Positions 37,996-51,269 of a DNA stretch of 64,000 bases are shown here, piece after piece. The notes below the pieces were generated by a model that did not search any database, was not told the origin of the DNA, and saw only the letters and a list, made by a program, of their open reading frames with translations. This stretch comes from Camelus ferus (Eukaryota), in contig NC_045697.1 of NCBI RefSeq assembly GCF_009834535.1, positions 95,110,001 through 95,174,000 on the forward strand, read 5' to 3'. Positions within the stretch are counted from its first letter, which is position 1, and each line of letters begins with the position of its first letter. Made by a program: the position numbers and the translations under genes.

Positions 37996-39349
37996 AGTAC
38001 ATTTGTGTATTTGTGACTATACAATGAAACAACTAGTGTATTCACTGATTGCCAAAAAAAGGGTGTGTGGTGGGGGGGATAAACACAAAATGCTATGATA
38101 TATCTTAATTATTTTTTCCCAATTTTTCAAACAGTTAGATCCAACTTTTCTCTCATTTGCACAACAGGCTTTGTAAGTTCTTAAAAAATTTGTAACGTGT
38201 AAAAGAAAGATTAGCTAAACTATAATTAGGTAATAGAGAATCATTATTGCCTAGATTTTAATGCACTTACCTAAGTTGCTGTATCACACACCTCTAAATA
38301 AACTCTAAAATCCCTTCTTATATAAGCTATATAGTGCTATTCCCTTTCAGTTCAGAAATGTTTATGGTAAAATTTGATAAAGTTATTTCTCAAATATTTC
38401 ATTAGCAAGAAAGATAATCAACTTGAGTAAATTTGCAGGATCTGGATATTAGTTTATTCCAACATATTTAATCATATTACCCTGTTAAGGAAAATGGCAA
38501 CTGATATGAAGTTGAGAATTTTAGTGGAAGATAGCTATGGGAAACTGTGAATTTCTAAATCTCTGTAAACATACCTCTTTTCCTACACTTTGTCTTACAC
38601 TTGATGCTGAGTGTTGATTAGATAGATGTCTTGATGTTTCCATCCTTTAAATAACAAAGAAACAATAGCTGATTGTAATAATTACTTAAAATGCCCTGGA
38701 GACTGTTAAACATTGACAGGCACAATTAATTATCAAAGAGACAGTGTAAGGCTTGAGTAAGATCATTATGTCATAATTTAAGTGGGATATTTTTAAGGCA
38801 GATTTGATATACTTCATCTACAAGGCTAGGAAAGAGAAGGAAAGTCATGAAAAGGAGATCATCCATTTATATAGCAGTATCTAGTGTAAGAAATTTGTGC
38901 AAATTAACATAGTGTGTGTTGGGTACTTGGTGGAGAGAATCTCACACTTTTTCTGAACTATCGAGACACAGTTTGGTAATGGCAGAAGGCATAGAACTTT
39001 AGGAATGATACTGCTGAGAAAAACATAGTATTTATTGGTTTTGCGTTATAGCAGTCCTGAATGTAATTCCTTGAATTAAGTGTAGGACAACATAACTCTC
39101 TCCACGTAATAGAGAAAACCAAAACTAAATTGCACTATTTGAGGCTTTCAGTTCCAGTTGTTGCTTCATGTCTTTCTGGCCCAGGGATTGATGACTAAGA
39201 CAGAAGATAGGTGGTGAATATTATTTTATTTTGAATCATTGGGCTGGCCATTAGAATGTCCTTTGAATTACCGAATGACTGGCAACCTCAGTAATGCAAT
39301 GCATAGAGTGGAGAAGCCACTATACCAAGCAATACATCAACCTAAATGT

Positions 39350-39500
39350 GTAGAAGCCCTGGTCCACCAATTGCAAGGTGGTGATCTTGGGGATTTTAAA
39401 TAATTTAACTAAACTTCCACTTTTCTTCTCTGTAAGATGCAGTTCATAATATCTCCTGTATAGAGTTAATATAAAGATTATATTGGATAAGCGTGAAAGA
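39350..39500 (+). mobile_element. MIR fragment
   Basis: gtgatcttgggg...atttaactaaacttccacttttcttctctgtaagatgcagttcataatatctcctgtatagagtt. Confidence 0.5.
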
Positions 39501-39529
39501 TGTTGACGCTTTGTTTATAGCGTCAGGCT

Positions 39530-40095
39530 TTTAACAATATTTGCTGAGACCCCATGTTCCAGGAACTGGACATATAGCAATAACCAAAATAGTCAAAGCC
39601 TCTGTCCTTGCAGAGCTTTCATTTCCTGTGGAGAAATGAGGATAAAAATAAACAAATAGATAATACATTTAGTAATAAACAAGAATTACAATGAACAAAA
39701 ATGAAGCAGGGTAAGGGGAATGGGCACAGCTGTCTCTCCAGAACTGTGTGTGTAGGGGTGGTTGATTCTGTTTAATGTGGAGTGCTCAGGGACTACTGTA
39801 ATGATGAGGTGTGGCTGGATGAGGTATAAAAGCCCAGATAGAGGAGAGCGAATAGTGAGTAATCAACAGAGAGCCCATGTGCCTGGGACATGGGGAGCAA
39901 AGGAAGAGAGGAGGAGATGAGGGCAGAGCCACTAAGGGGTTAGAAGACTTCAGGCCACTCTGAGGAGCATGGTTCCACTGAAGGTCATGGGCAGCTACGG
40001 AAGGTTTTGAGGAGAGAAAGGCATCATCCAGAACATAGTTTGAGAGGTTCACTCTGGCAGCTCTACTGAGAATAGCCTGGAGAGAAGAAAGGGCA
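39530..40095 (-). mobile_element. L2 LINE fragment
   Basis: ttaacaatatttgctgagaccccatgttccagg...aagcctctgtccttgcagagctttcatt...gaaggttttgaggagagaaaggcatcatccag...gagaggttcactctggcagctct. Confidence 0.75.
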
Positions 40096-40412
40096 GACAC
40101 ACTTCCTAAGTGTTCACTGTTACTGTATCACTGTCATCATTTAAAATACTATACAATCGACACACAATTCTTTTTTGCAAGTAAACTAAAATAAATGCCA
40201 CAATATACAATGTAGGGTATAGCAAGTTTTATTTGTTCATTTAGCATATTTCGCCTCTTTGTTCATACTTTGTCCTGTAATAAAATGTCTACTTTTGGTA
40301 GCAGGTACAGCAACAGCAGCCAAACCTGTGATGGAAGTGGAAGCAGTGTTTCTGTGTAGCTTTTCATATTCTACTCTCAGTGTTTCTGTAGATTTCTTAT
40401 TTCTTTTTTCAG

Positions 40413-40785
40413 ATGAGCTAGACAAGAAGAGGTCTATCAATTCACACTTCTGGTTTCACTTATTGTGAATCACCTGAAACAGCACCTCCCTCTTGTTTTT
40501 TCTTTGCCATTATCTATATCCTGCAATTATTTTTTCATGTCTTTTTTTTTTTCCACACCAAAGGGATTTTACAAAGACATGAGTGATTTTATATGCAGCA
40601 ACAATGATGTCTATTCTGTCAAAATATAAAGCTATATAGCTATCTAGTTGTATTATTATGAATGTTTAAGATTTGAAACCTAAAACATGTAATTTAAGTC
40701 CACTGGCAACAGTGAAAATGTATGCACCATTATTTGTATACTTATTTAGCCAAAGATCAATAAATGCTCAATGATACTTCTCTAT
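40413..40785 (+). other. Candidate terminal exon E (3' end approximate)
   Basis: Strong acceptor gatttcttatttcttttttcag|A; all three frames stop soon (MS*, DELDKKRSINSHFWFHLL*, x*); non-repetitive AU-rich sequence with AATAAA at 40759-40764. Confidence 0.3.
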
Positions 40786-41379
40786 AGACTTAGACTTAAT
40801 CCATGGCTTTCTAAAAACCGTCTCCTGAGACTTTTCACCACAGAATCAATATTCACGTCTATCCTCCTGCTGACTGATTTATGCTTTGTTATAGACTGCA
40901 CCCCAGCAACTTAAATGCAGCCCATAAAGCAGGTAACCACCAATCTATGCACTAGTAGTATTTGGGAAGTTTACATTTAATTACTAATAGGAAGCCAGGT
41001 GGAAACAAAAGTAATTTGTTATTCGTTGTTATATTAATATTGCCAAATGTTAAAGAAATAGACTCAAAATCGACTTGATTCACTCACTTGAATGTGAGGT
41101 GCTAACCTTCTTTAATAAAATACTATAGAAACTTCTAATGTGAAAGTAGACAAATGATTTTAATATTCAAAAATAGTCCACCAATTAGTTTCTTCTTGGG
41201 CTGCAATTTGTACACCATGATGTGTGTATTGTTTTTGTGTCTTTTCATGGATTCACTTAATACATATGCTTGAATTTCTTTAACATATTTATGTAAATTT
41301 GTGTGTGAAAGAACTAACAAGTTTGGGAACATAAAATGGAAGCAGTAAAGAAACTACACAATGTTTTCTTTTTTTAAAT

Positions 41380-41546
41380 CCTTTCCCTCCCTCCCTCCCT
41401 CCTCCTTCTTTCCTTCCTTCATTTATTTTCTTTCTTTCCTTCTTCCTTCCTTTCCTCCTTCCTTTCTTCTTCCTTCCTCTCATCTATCTTTGCTTCCTTC
41501 ATTCCTTCCTCCCTCTCTCCCTCCCTATAACCCCTTTCTTTCTTTC
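41380..41546. repeat. (TTCC/CCCT)n polypyrimidine tract
   Basis: Low-complexity C/T run; explains ORFs 41289-41483 and 41361-41579. Confidence 0.9.
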
Positions 41547-41893
41547 ATGGAAAGTCATGTTATGTTATATATGTTTTGATTAATAAGTATGACAGGCAGG
41601 ATTGTAAAGGAAATTTATATATGAAATCTTTACAGTTAGAGTTGTTTTAGGCTCTAATTCTGCATAATAATAATGACTTTTTTATAGCAGTGGATAAAAC
41701 AGAGAGTGTTATGATTCAGGACCTACCTTATTTGAACACACACACAGAAGGGGTATCATGTTAAAGACCTGGCATTGGTAGCATCTCAGAACAACGTGCT
41801 TCAAGGTGTACTGTCTTGCTGGGTGAGATGCTGGGTCCCTACTAATGAGAATTTGATGTAGGAATCAAAGGGGTAGCAACAGATTTGTCCCTC

Positions 41894-42228
41894 TGTCTTA
41901 GTCAGCCTGGGCTGCCATAACAAAATACCATAGAGTGGGTAGCTTAAACAAAAGACATTTATTTTCTCACAGTTCTAAAGGCTGGAAACCTGAGATCATG
42001 GTCAGGTTCTGGGGAGACCCTCTTCTTGGCTTGCAGATGGCTGTCTTCTTGCCATCTCCTCACATCACTTTTCGTAGGTGCTTGTGGGTGGAGAAAGAGC
42101 AAACTCTCTGGTGTCTCTCCTTTGAACAGCACTTTAATCATCAGGGGCTCACCCTCATAATTTCATCTAAACTTAATTACCCCTCAAAGGCAGAATCTGG
42201 GGGAGACACAAACATTCAGTTTGTAACG
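41894..42228 (-). mobile_element. MLT1A-type (MaLR) solo LTR
   Basis: tgtcttagtcagcctgggctgccataacaaaataccatagagtgggtagcttaaacaa...ggggagacacaaacattcagtttgtaac. Confidence 0.85.
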
Positions 42229-42627
42229 CTGTCTGAAAATTCCCTGTGATTCACTGTGCATTCCTGGAATCCTGCAGATGCAGATATTCGTGTCTATTAC
42301 AATAAGGAAAATTAGCTAGAAATAACTGACTCCTAATTAGTAGCTTAAGATCCTGTAACTCTGAACAGAGGTTCTTAGCCAGTCAGTTTTATTTCTTCTT
42401 CTTAGGGATACACAGAGAAGAGAAATCAAACATTATAAGAGAAGTAGTTGAAAGGAAATAATAAGATTCTTTAGTAACTATGAACCAGGGTATTGCTTTT
42501 TAAGTAAGCAAATTAAAAGGCTTTCACAAAGAACATAAGACATGTAAAAGGAATGGCAAAGAACAGAAATTCTGGAAAATGCTTGCTTGCTAAAGTAGAC
42601 AGTTCCCTTTTGGTGATATTCTTCTAG

Positions 42628-42645
42628 AAGTTAATAGAATTTCAG
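42628..42645 (+). other. Candidate 18-nt micro-exon
   Basis: gatattcttctag|AAGTTAATAGAATTTCAG|gtaagt; consensus donor; phase 1-1 frame open (xVNRISx). Confidence 0.25.
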
Positions 42646-44439
42646 GTAAGTCCAGCTGTTTATTTTATGAGTATAACTGATTTAAGTAAACAAAGATAAC
42701 TGCGGTTTATTGTAAGAGAGTAAAGCACCATTCCATTCCAATGAGCTTTAAGCATTTAATGTTCCTTAAAAATTAAAGTGTTTATTGGAATACGAAAATA
42801 ACCAAATGGCTGAGCATTTTGATTATGCATCTATGGCCAATTCATATTATTTAAATTATGCAAAGCTATTTTCATCAGGACATGTAATCCAAACAGACTT
42901 GCCATTTAATAACAAGGAGGACAGAATTCAATGGAAGCTCAAACCCTCTTCAGGAGATCATTTCTAATTTCTTCTTCAAAATTGTATGCTAAACATAAGC
43001 TTTCACCTTCCTTCCCTCCCAAAGTAATTTAGCTGAATAAACAAAAGGAAAGAGTGAGAAACCCATAAAAGCAATGAAAGTAAAAGAGCGTATTGTCAAC
43101 AGCCTATCTTTAAATGGCACTCTGCTGTAAAAGACTGAGATAGAGTTCGTCTGGTGAAGTCTGCAAACCACAGAGTCACAGGAGAGGATGAGTGTGGCAG
43201 TGAGGGCTCTTCTTCCCAAGTGATCCCCCAGAAAAGATGGCATTTGTAGATGGCCAGGACTGAGAATAGGAGAAAGACGGGGCCACAGTTAGAGTAATTA
43301 ATTGGATGGCTATGGGAAGTTTGGACCCAGGATTTCTTTTAAGCCTTCATCCTGTAGCCCCAGGTGTAACTTCAGGAAGTACTTTATAAATAACGTGGTG
43401 ATGCTTCTCTGTGTCTTCTTACTATGTGTGGCAGTACAAGAAAGAAACAGGAAAAGGCTACTTTGAACCTTATCAATAATTATGGTAGAAAGCACACAAA
43501 GAAAGAGAGAAGGTTTAAAAATTAGGTGTATTATAAAATACAAACCCAGATTAAATCTTTATTACTTTTTTATTCATGTGGCTGATGCCTATTTTCTCTA
43601 CGAACAGTCTAACTGGGAAGCACTGTTTAAATATCCCCTGCCCACTTAACCACACAGCCACAACCAAGTCATACACAGAGTGGAAAGAGATGTGAAACAG
43701 ACTTTCAAAACTGGATAGAAATAGTATGCTTGCAATTAAGAAGCCAGTCCTTTCTTAACTGCAAGCATATTTATGTCTATGTGACTCTATGTCTATTTGC
43801 AATGTAATTTATGTCTATGAGTAATTACAAATCATCAGTTCATTTGGCAAAAAATGAGAATAAACAGGAAAACCATATGAATTAAACAACTGATCTGGGA
43901 AGAAGCAGAGACAAAGTAGAAAAAAAAAAACTTGAATTATTTCCTCAAGAGAATCTGCAGAGAGTTTGGGGTAGTGTTGAAATATCAAGAAATATCAGCC
44001 AACGAAAAAACAGAATAATAAGGGAACAAGAATCATTGTTGAAAAAATGAGCATAATTGATGTATGTGAAGTGGGATAATTCGACTTGAATGATGGTTAA
44101 ATCCAGCCTCTCATTTGGTGGGACTTATAAATATTAGTTATTCTCACTTTGTAAGAAAGAAATATTTTAAGGTTATTTGAGAATTAAAATTAATTTCTGA
44201 AAATATAGAAATAGGATATAATTCCCTTATGCTAGTAGTAGAAAATATCATGAAATTTCAATCAATTCTGGAAAGTAAAGAGAAAAGAAACAAAAGATTG
44301 TAAGAAAGCTTAGCTTAACAAATAAGATATATAAAATATAGTAATGAGAAGAAGCCAAATGTGTTCAATCATTTTTCCTACTTCATCCCCCTCATTTCGC
44401 TCATCACTAAGCCCTTTTCGTCAAAACATTTTGAGGATC

Positions 44440-46114
44440 TTTTTTTTTTAATTGAAGTATAGGTGATTTACGATGTTGTGCGAGTTACAGATATACAGCA
44501 AAATGTTTCAATTGTATATGTATTATATATATAATATATATATTCTTTTTTAGATTATTTTCCATTATACATTATTATAAAATATTAAATATAGTTCCCT
44601 GTGCTATACAGTAGTTCATTTTTTTTTCTATTTTATATATAGTAGTGTATATCTGTTAATCCCAAACTCATAATTCATCCCTCTTTCCATTCCCCTTTGG
44701 TAACCATAAGTTTGTTTTGTGTGTCTGTAAGTCTATTTCTATTTTATAAGTTAATCCACTTGCATCATTTTTTAGATTCCACATATAAATGACACTTGTC
44801 TTATCTCTTTCTTACTTAACTTAGTGTAATAATCTCTAGGTCTGTTCATGTTGCTGCAAATGACATAATTTCATTCTTTTATGGCTGAGTAATATTCCAT
44901 TATATGTATGTATCTATATACATCACATCTTCTTTATCCATTCATCTGTCAATGGCCATTAAGGTTGTTTCCAGGTCTTGACTACTATAAATATTGCTGC
45001 TATAATAAACATTGGGGTTCATGTATCTTTTCAAATTAGAGTTTTTGTCTTTTTTGGATATATGCCCAGGAGTGAGATCACTAGATCATATGGTGACTCT
45101 ATCTTTAGTTTTTTAAGGGAAACTCCATACTGTTCTCTATAGCGGCTGCACCAATTTACATTCCCACTAACATTGTAGGAGAATTTCCTTTTCTCCACAT
45201 CTTCTCCAGCACTTACTTGTAGACTTATGATGGCCATTCTGACTGGTGTGAGGTGACATCTCATTGTAGTTTTGATTTGCATTTCTCTAATAATTAGCAA
45301 TGTTGAGCATCTTTTCATGTGCCTGTTGGCCATCTATATGTCTTCTTTGGAGAAATATATATTAAAATCTTCTGCCTACTTTTTAAATTCAATTGTTTGG
45401 TTTTTTGGATATTGAGCTATATGAGTGTTTGTATATTTTGGAAATTAATTCCTTGTCAGTCTCATCATTTACAAATATTTTCTCCCATTTTGTAGGTGGT
45501 CTTTTCATTTTGTTTATGGTTTCCTTTGCTGTGCGAAAGCTTTTCATTTTAAGTAGGTCCCATTTATTTTTGCTTTTATTTTTATTATGCTAGGAGATGG
45601 ATCCAAAAAAATACAATTGTGATTTATGTCAAACAGTGTTCTGACTATGTTTTCCTCTAGAAATTTTATAGTATCTGGACTTACATTTAGGTCTCTAATA
45701 CATTTAGAGTTTATTTTTGTATATAGAGTTAGAGGATGTTCTAATTTCATTCTTTTAACAGTAGCTGTCCAGTATTCTAAGCACAACTTATTGAAGAGAC
45801 TATATTTTCTCCACTGTACATTATTGCCTCTTTCATCATAGATTAATTGATCATAAGTGTGTGAGTTTATTTTGGGCTTTCTATCCTGTTCCATTGATCT
45901 ATGTGTCTGTTTTTGTGCCAGTATCATACTGTTTTGATTACTGTCGCTTTATAGTATAGTCTGAAGTCAAGGAGCATTATTCCTCCAGCTCTGTTACTCT
46001 TTCTCAAGATTCTTTGCTATTCAGGGCCTTTTGTATTTCCATACATAATCTAAAATTGTTCTAGTTCTGTGAAAAATGCCATTGGTAATTTATAGGGATT
46101 GCATTGAATCTGTG
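44440..46114 (-). mobile_element. 5'-truncated L1 (~1.7 kb, ORF2 C-terminus and 3'UTR)
   Basis: Poly-T then attgaagtataggtgatttacgatgttg; ORFs 45031-45333 ([36 protein letters not shown]) and 45544-45927 are L1 ORF2. Confidence 0.92.
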
Positions 46115-47274
46115 GAATATCCAAATTTTAAACAGAAAACCCCACCATTTTTAAAGATAGAGACTTTTATTTTGTTATTTTTAAATATACAATAACTTTC
46201 AAAAATATATTTATAAAAATGATACAAGTTTTGAACATAGAAGTCTATAAGGTTTGACCAAAGAATACTAAATGAATAAAAATATAAAAAGTGGCACACA
46301 ATCTGTGGCCAACTCAAATATTTATTAGAAAAGATAAATTATATATTATTTATACTGTTAGCTAAAAGGTCATATATTCTTTATGCTGCAAACAATACTA
46401 CATTGCTATTTATTTTGCTTAAAATGGTAAATAATTGACTAAAACAGTATTATTGAGAGGAACTTCTGAGGCAGGAAGGTACTATGCAAAAAAAGCAGCA
46501 TACATAAAGAAAGCTGCAACTATAAGAGTCTATATGCTTCACATTTTTGTATAAGGGAGCATGACTGGTCTCCCACAGAGAAACATGACAAGGTGTGCAA
46601 GGATGTGCAAGGCACTATCCAAATGTGGACAGTTTGGACAGTGAAAGCCATTATCAAGGGGACACTGTATGATCTGAGAAGCAGTGCCAGCCCCAGACTG
46701 TGCCCATGGCAGTGACTTCCTCCACCTCTGCCTATTTGCTAGTAGCAGTGAAATCTCTTTTCCATGCCTACTGTTCATGATTGCTATCCACTCAGCTTTG
46801 GACCTCTTTATCCCTTGTGATATTTAGTTAATCAAAAGTTAGTCAAAATGGTCCCGGAAGGACAATTCTGAAACTCAAGTTATTAGAAAATTAATATGGA
46901 TGTGCCTTTTTTTGAACCCAGAGCTCATAGTAAGTCTAAGCTACAGTTACAGATGGAATTCAAGCCTAAGAGTAATGTTTTAATTACATCCTTAATGACC
47001 ACATCTGCTCACACTTTATCCCTGGTATTCACGAGGGTACCCACAGCTTTATATGTGAACATCCCCTCTCTGAATATGCCCTGCCAAACTGCTGAAGATA
47101 GCAGTTTGTAGTGAGGAACAAGAAAATAATTTCTATAAGTTTACATCCTTCATTCAAGTTTGTGTCTTCTCTATGAAACTATAGTTAATGCATTTGCTAT
47201 AATTCCAGGTTAAAATTATATCTAGTCATTGTCTCAGTACATACAAAAATATTTTTACATGCTTAGTTAGGGAG

Positions 47275-47490
47275 GGGTATTATGCACCATATATTTTCAT
47301 ATATAATTTTGATTCTCATACAGACTTTTGGGATAGATAATATTAGTCTACTTTCTGAGTTGAAGATTCACAGTTTGAAACTTTAAGCAAATTACCAAGT
47401 TCTTACATCTACAAGGTGGCAGAGCCTGAATTTGAACATATTTTAGTCTGATGTCAAATGTACGCTCGTAACCACTTCATTATATTGCTT
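47275..47490 (-). mobile_element. MIR SINE
   Basis: gattctcatacagacttttgggatagataatattag...aaggtggcagagcctgaatttgaac...gtctgatgtcaaa...aaccact. Confidence 0.65.
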
Positions 47491-47940
47491 TGCAAAGTCT
47501 CCTGTGAGAGGACATTTAAACTAGGCAAACAATCCCTTTAGGGAATGTGTCAGTGAATGTTTATGTTATTCAGAGGGACAGTGGATGACAGGGGGGTAAA
47601 GTAGAAGGTATAACTGTGTAAAACGTTCTTCTGCTTTAACTTTCCTACTGTTTCCTTTTGCACTGATCAAGTCATTTATTTGCCAAGTTAAAAAAAAAAA
47701 GCTTTCTGAAAAAAAATTCCCTCTTCGAAGTATCATGTGAGGGAAAAAAATGAGAAAAGAAAGATTAGCAAATGTAAAGTTTTTGACTGTTTTTCATACT
47801 GTTTGCTTGTATATTTTTTAAATAAAAATTTTTTAAAGTTATTTTTTATACATAGTAGTTCACCACCTATAAGTCTTAAGAAATAAACCCTCAGATTTTA
47901 AAGTATTTATGTATTTGCAAAACTAAAGTCTGGGTTAATA

Positions 47941-48060
47941 TTTTTTTATTTATATATGTATTTTATTGAAGTATAGTCAGTTTACAACGTTGTGTCAATT
48001 TCTGGTGTACAGCATAATGCTTCAGGCATATGTGAACATACATATATTTATTTTCATAAT
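47941..48060 (-). mobile_element. Very short L1 3'-end insertion (camelid-type tail)
   Basis: ttttattgaagtatagtcagtttacaacgttgtgtcaatttctggtgtacagcataat, the reverse complement of the same type of 3' end as the full-length L1. Confidence 0.85.
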
Positions 48061-49759
48061 CTATTGGATTAATATTAACAATATCAGTTATTAATATTAA
48101 TAATAATATTGAGTTAGTATTGGCTTTGTAATCTATGGGTTAATATTTCATCTTCTGTTGGGTTAATATTTTATATAGCTTCTCATTGCAGCAATTATTG
48201 GTGTGATGACAGTAAACAATGGGCAGTCTTTATATGAAGAGGCAGCAGGCTCAGTGTTTAGACAGTTTCTTCAATATTGTGAGGAATTTAGCATGCTTAT
48301 TTTTCTGAGAAGCTATATTTAGTTATTTCTAAATTAAGATGGTATTTTATTTTTTGTGAACTTATCTAAAATGAAATTACCTTTGTGGTAAAATAGAATG
48401 GAATTCCATAAATGTTTAGAGAATGGCAAGAAACCAATTACAATTCCCTGTGAATGGAAAATTGAACTTACACTTTCATGAAACTGTCTGTTGAAAATAA
48501 ATCCATTAATAGAATAATACTTGAGTTTCATGACAAGCTTTCATCACTTTCACTGAATAGAATTAGGCTAACATAAAATATTATGGGAATGTTGACTAAT
48601 TGAATTAAAAGAGTTAAATAAAAACTGCCAGCAAATATTTTTCTTTGATAAGGACTAATAGTAATCTTTACTATTAATCATATAATTCTGCCTTGTATTA
48701 GTTTTGGTAGTAATAGTAGTAAAGCCAGGCATCTGTGATTCTACCATTTAGTAATCTTACAGTCTCTCCATTCTTGTAGCCTGGTCACACAGGGTATGCA
48801 ATGCAATGAATGTGGACTCGGGCCCTGCCATGTGACCCAGGAATTCTTCCTATTTCCAAAAATAATATAAGACATCCTTTTTTAAATGGTGGTATCTAAA
48901 CTGTTTTGTGGAATCTTTTGTTAATGCCTTCTTTATTTTTGGAGCACATATCTCAAGATGTGTAATCATCCTCTGAGCTTCCTATCTCCTTCTATAAGTA
49001 GAATGATGTTGGAAGGGTAGAGGAAATTAAGCCTGACCTTGATCAGTGGCATGATGATTTTTTAAGTATTTATTTTTTCATGTTTTTAATTTGTCAGCGT
49101 ATCAATTTCCTTCTAACTTAAGTAATTGAAGTTCTAGTAGAGTATGTATTCCATGATATACAGCAGCAAATTAAGAGAAACATAAGTGCATAGTTCTAAA
49201 CATATAATAATATATGACTTTTTTTTTCCTGAGTTGATTTTATCACAATATTTAACACTATGTAGCAAAGCAATGACTAAGTGCTTTGTCAGAAGAGAAT
49301 AACAATTTATCTGTAAATGAAGGTGGAGAAAGTAAACTTCTGTAAGTGCACACTTGCAAATAAAATCTTCTTAAGAAATCAATACTTATAAATATTCTCT
49401 ACTAAGTGATGTAATTTCCCACATTTTCAGGGATTTTATATCATACCATTTGCCATCCTGTACTTTACTAATACCCACACAAAGCATACACACATATATA
49501 CAAAAATTATAACTTTAAATATGTAATACATATATTTATCAATTTTCAATGTCAAGATTTCTCAAGTTAAACTTAATATTATTATATTAGATTCATGTAA
49601 TTTAAAGTAGAAGTATAATTTTTCTATGATGTGGATTTATTTATTTGCATCTGGTTTGTTAAAATGGAAATACAAAACAAGAGTAAATGTTCAACACCAA
49701 TGTAGTCTTTCTCTCTTAATAAAGGTTAAAAATCTTTAGTGTATGCTAAAGTTAGAAAT

Positions 49760-49895
49760 TGTGGTAGAATATATGAAGTTTTAGTGTAGAAACCTTGTCT
49801 TAGTTCTAAGTTAATCTTTATCTCTAAATTCTTTTGTGACAGTGGGTGACTTGTTTAGCCTTTTAAGCTTAATTTTTACATCTATCAAATCAGAC
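49760..49895 (+). mobile_element. MIR fragment
   Basis: ttgtgacagtgggtgacttgtttagccttttaagcttaatttttacatctatcaaat. Confidence 0.5.
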
Positions 49896-49955
49896 AGCCT
49901 AGGGTAGCTTCCTTGTAATATCCTTCTCATGTTTACAGATTATTTAAAATAACAG

Positions 49956-50155
49956 GATAATAATAATAGTAATAGTAATAATAGTTATAATTTCTACAGT
50001 CCCGTCCTATATCAGGCACTAGCTAAGAATCAGCATGTATGACTTAAGTTACGGCTCAGATCAATTCTATGAGGTGAGTAATATTATCATCTCTACTTCA
50101 CAGATCAGGAAACTAAGGAACAATGAGGTCCAAAGTTACACATTTAGTAACTATT
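49956..50155 (-). mobile_element. MIR SINE with (ATA/GTA)n tail
   Basis: tatatcaggcactagctaag...ctatgaggtgagtaatattatcatctctacttcacagatcaggaaactaagg. Confidence 0.7.
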
Positions 50156-51269
50156 AAACCAAAAAGCAGTGATTGATAAAAAGCAGAAACTTTTCAAAAT
50201 GTCTTCAACTTTATCAGTCCTTATACTCTAAAATCTAAAATATGCATGAATACACACACATTCACTACAAATATGCATTTTGACATATAAACATATACAC
50301 ACTTGTAAATTATACCTATAGTAAAATTTTCCAAGTTATTGGGCTTAATAGCAATGAGTATTTTCAAAAATATTAAATTTAAATATTTAATATAAAATAA
50401 AATTAAAAATTTTAAATGTTGCATGTTCTTAAATGTTTTCTAACTAAAGAGAGAACCTCAAAATTATTGACTATAGATAGTAAATAAAGCAACCTCCTTT
50501 TAGTACCATTACTTTCAATAACTTATGTGATTTAAGACCTTTTCTGACCTTTGAACTAAGCTATGAAGTATTTTAAGATAATTGCATTTTTAAGATAATA
50601 AGTTAAGGCTTTACCAGTGAATTCCTGTTTCATATACTTAAAGCCCAATGAATCAGACAACTATAGTAATTTTTAATTTTGAACGAAGGTGAATGATAAT
50701 TTACTAAAAGATGTCTATTGATGCAAATTTGCTAATGGTCTCACCATTAAGAAAAACTGTGAGCTTTGCCAGAATTTTCAGTCTTCCACCATATTTTAAA
50801 AATAGAATTTTTATCACAAATTTTCCATGATTATTTTAATAACTATGAGGAATAGTAAGGCTCTTCATTTCAAAACTCTTTAGAAATACCATTTAAAAAA
50901 ATTATATGAAAGCAAAAAACAAAGAAAACTAACAAAAATCCACCTAAAAATTTCACCATTACAGGCTTATATTCTTTAGATGCATAATAGAGACTTTTAT
51001 TCTTGTACATTTAGATTTGCTTAGATTCTCTGATTTACAAAAGTAAGATTTAGATAATTGCCTTTTCTAAAAAGAATATTTTCCCCCAAAATAAAATGTT
51101 TTTCAGAATTCCAAAGCTTAAATAATTTATAGTTAATTAAAACATTATAATTTGAAATTCTAAGCAAATTTGCAATTAGCATTTGTAATTAGCGATTATA
51201 ATTAGCATTTAGAATAATTCAATATAATACATTAATTTTTAAATCTTGACATAGGTCTAGGTATAGATA

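Noticed and set aside
41289..41579. K/R/E-rich and F/S/P-rich ORFs
   Set aside because: Translations of a simple pyrimidine tract; the same applies to 54851-55137
41935..42249. 104-aa ORF
   Set aside because: Lies within an MLT1A LTR
43830..44365. Possible HAL1 or old L1 ORF1-like A-rich remnant
   Set aside because: Too decayed to support by eye
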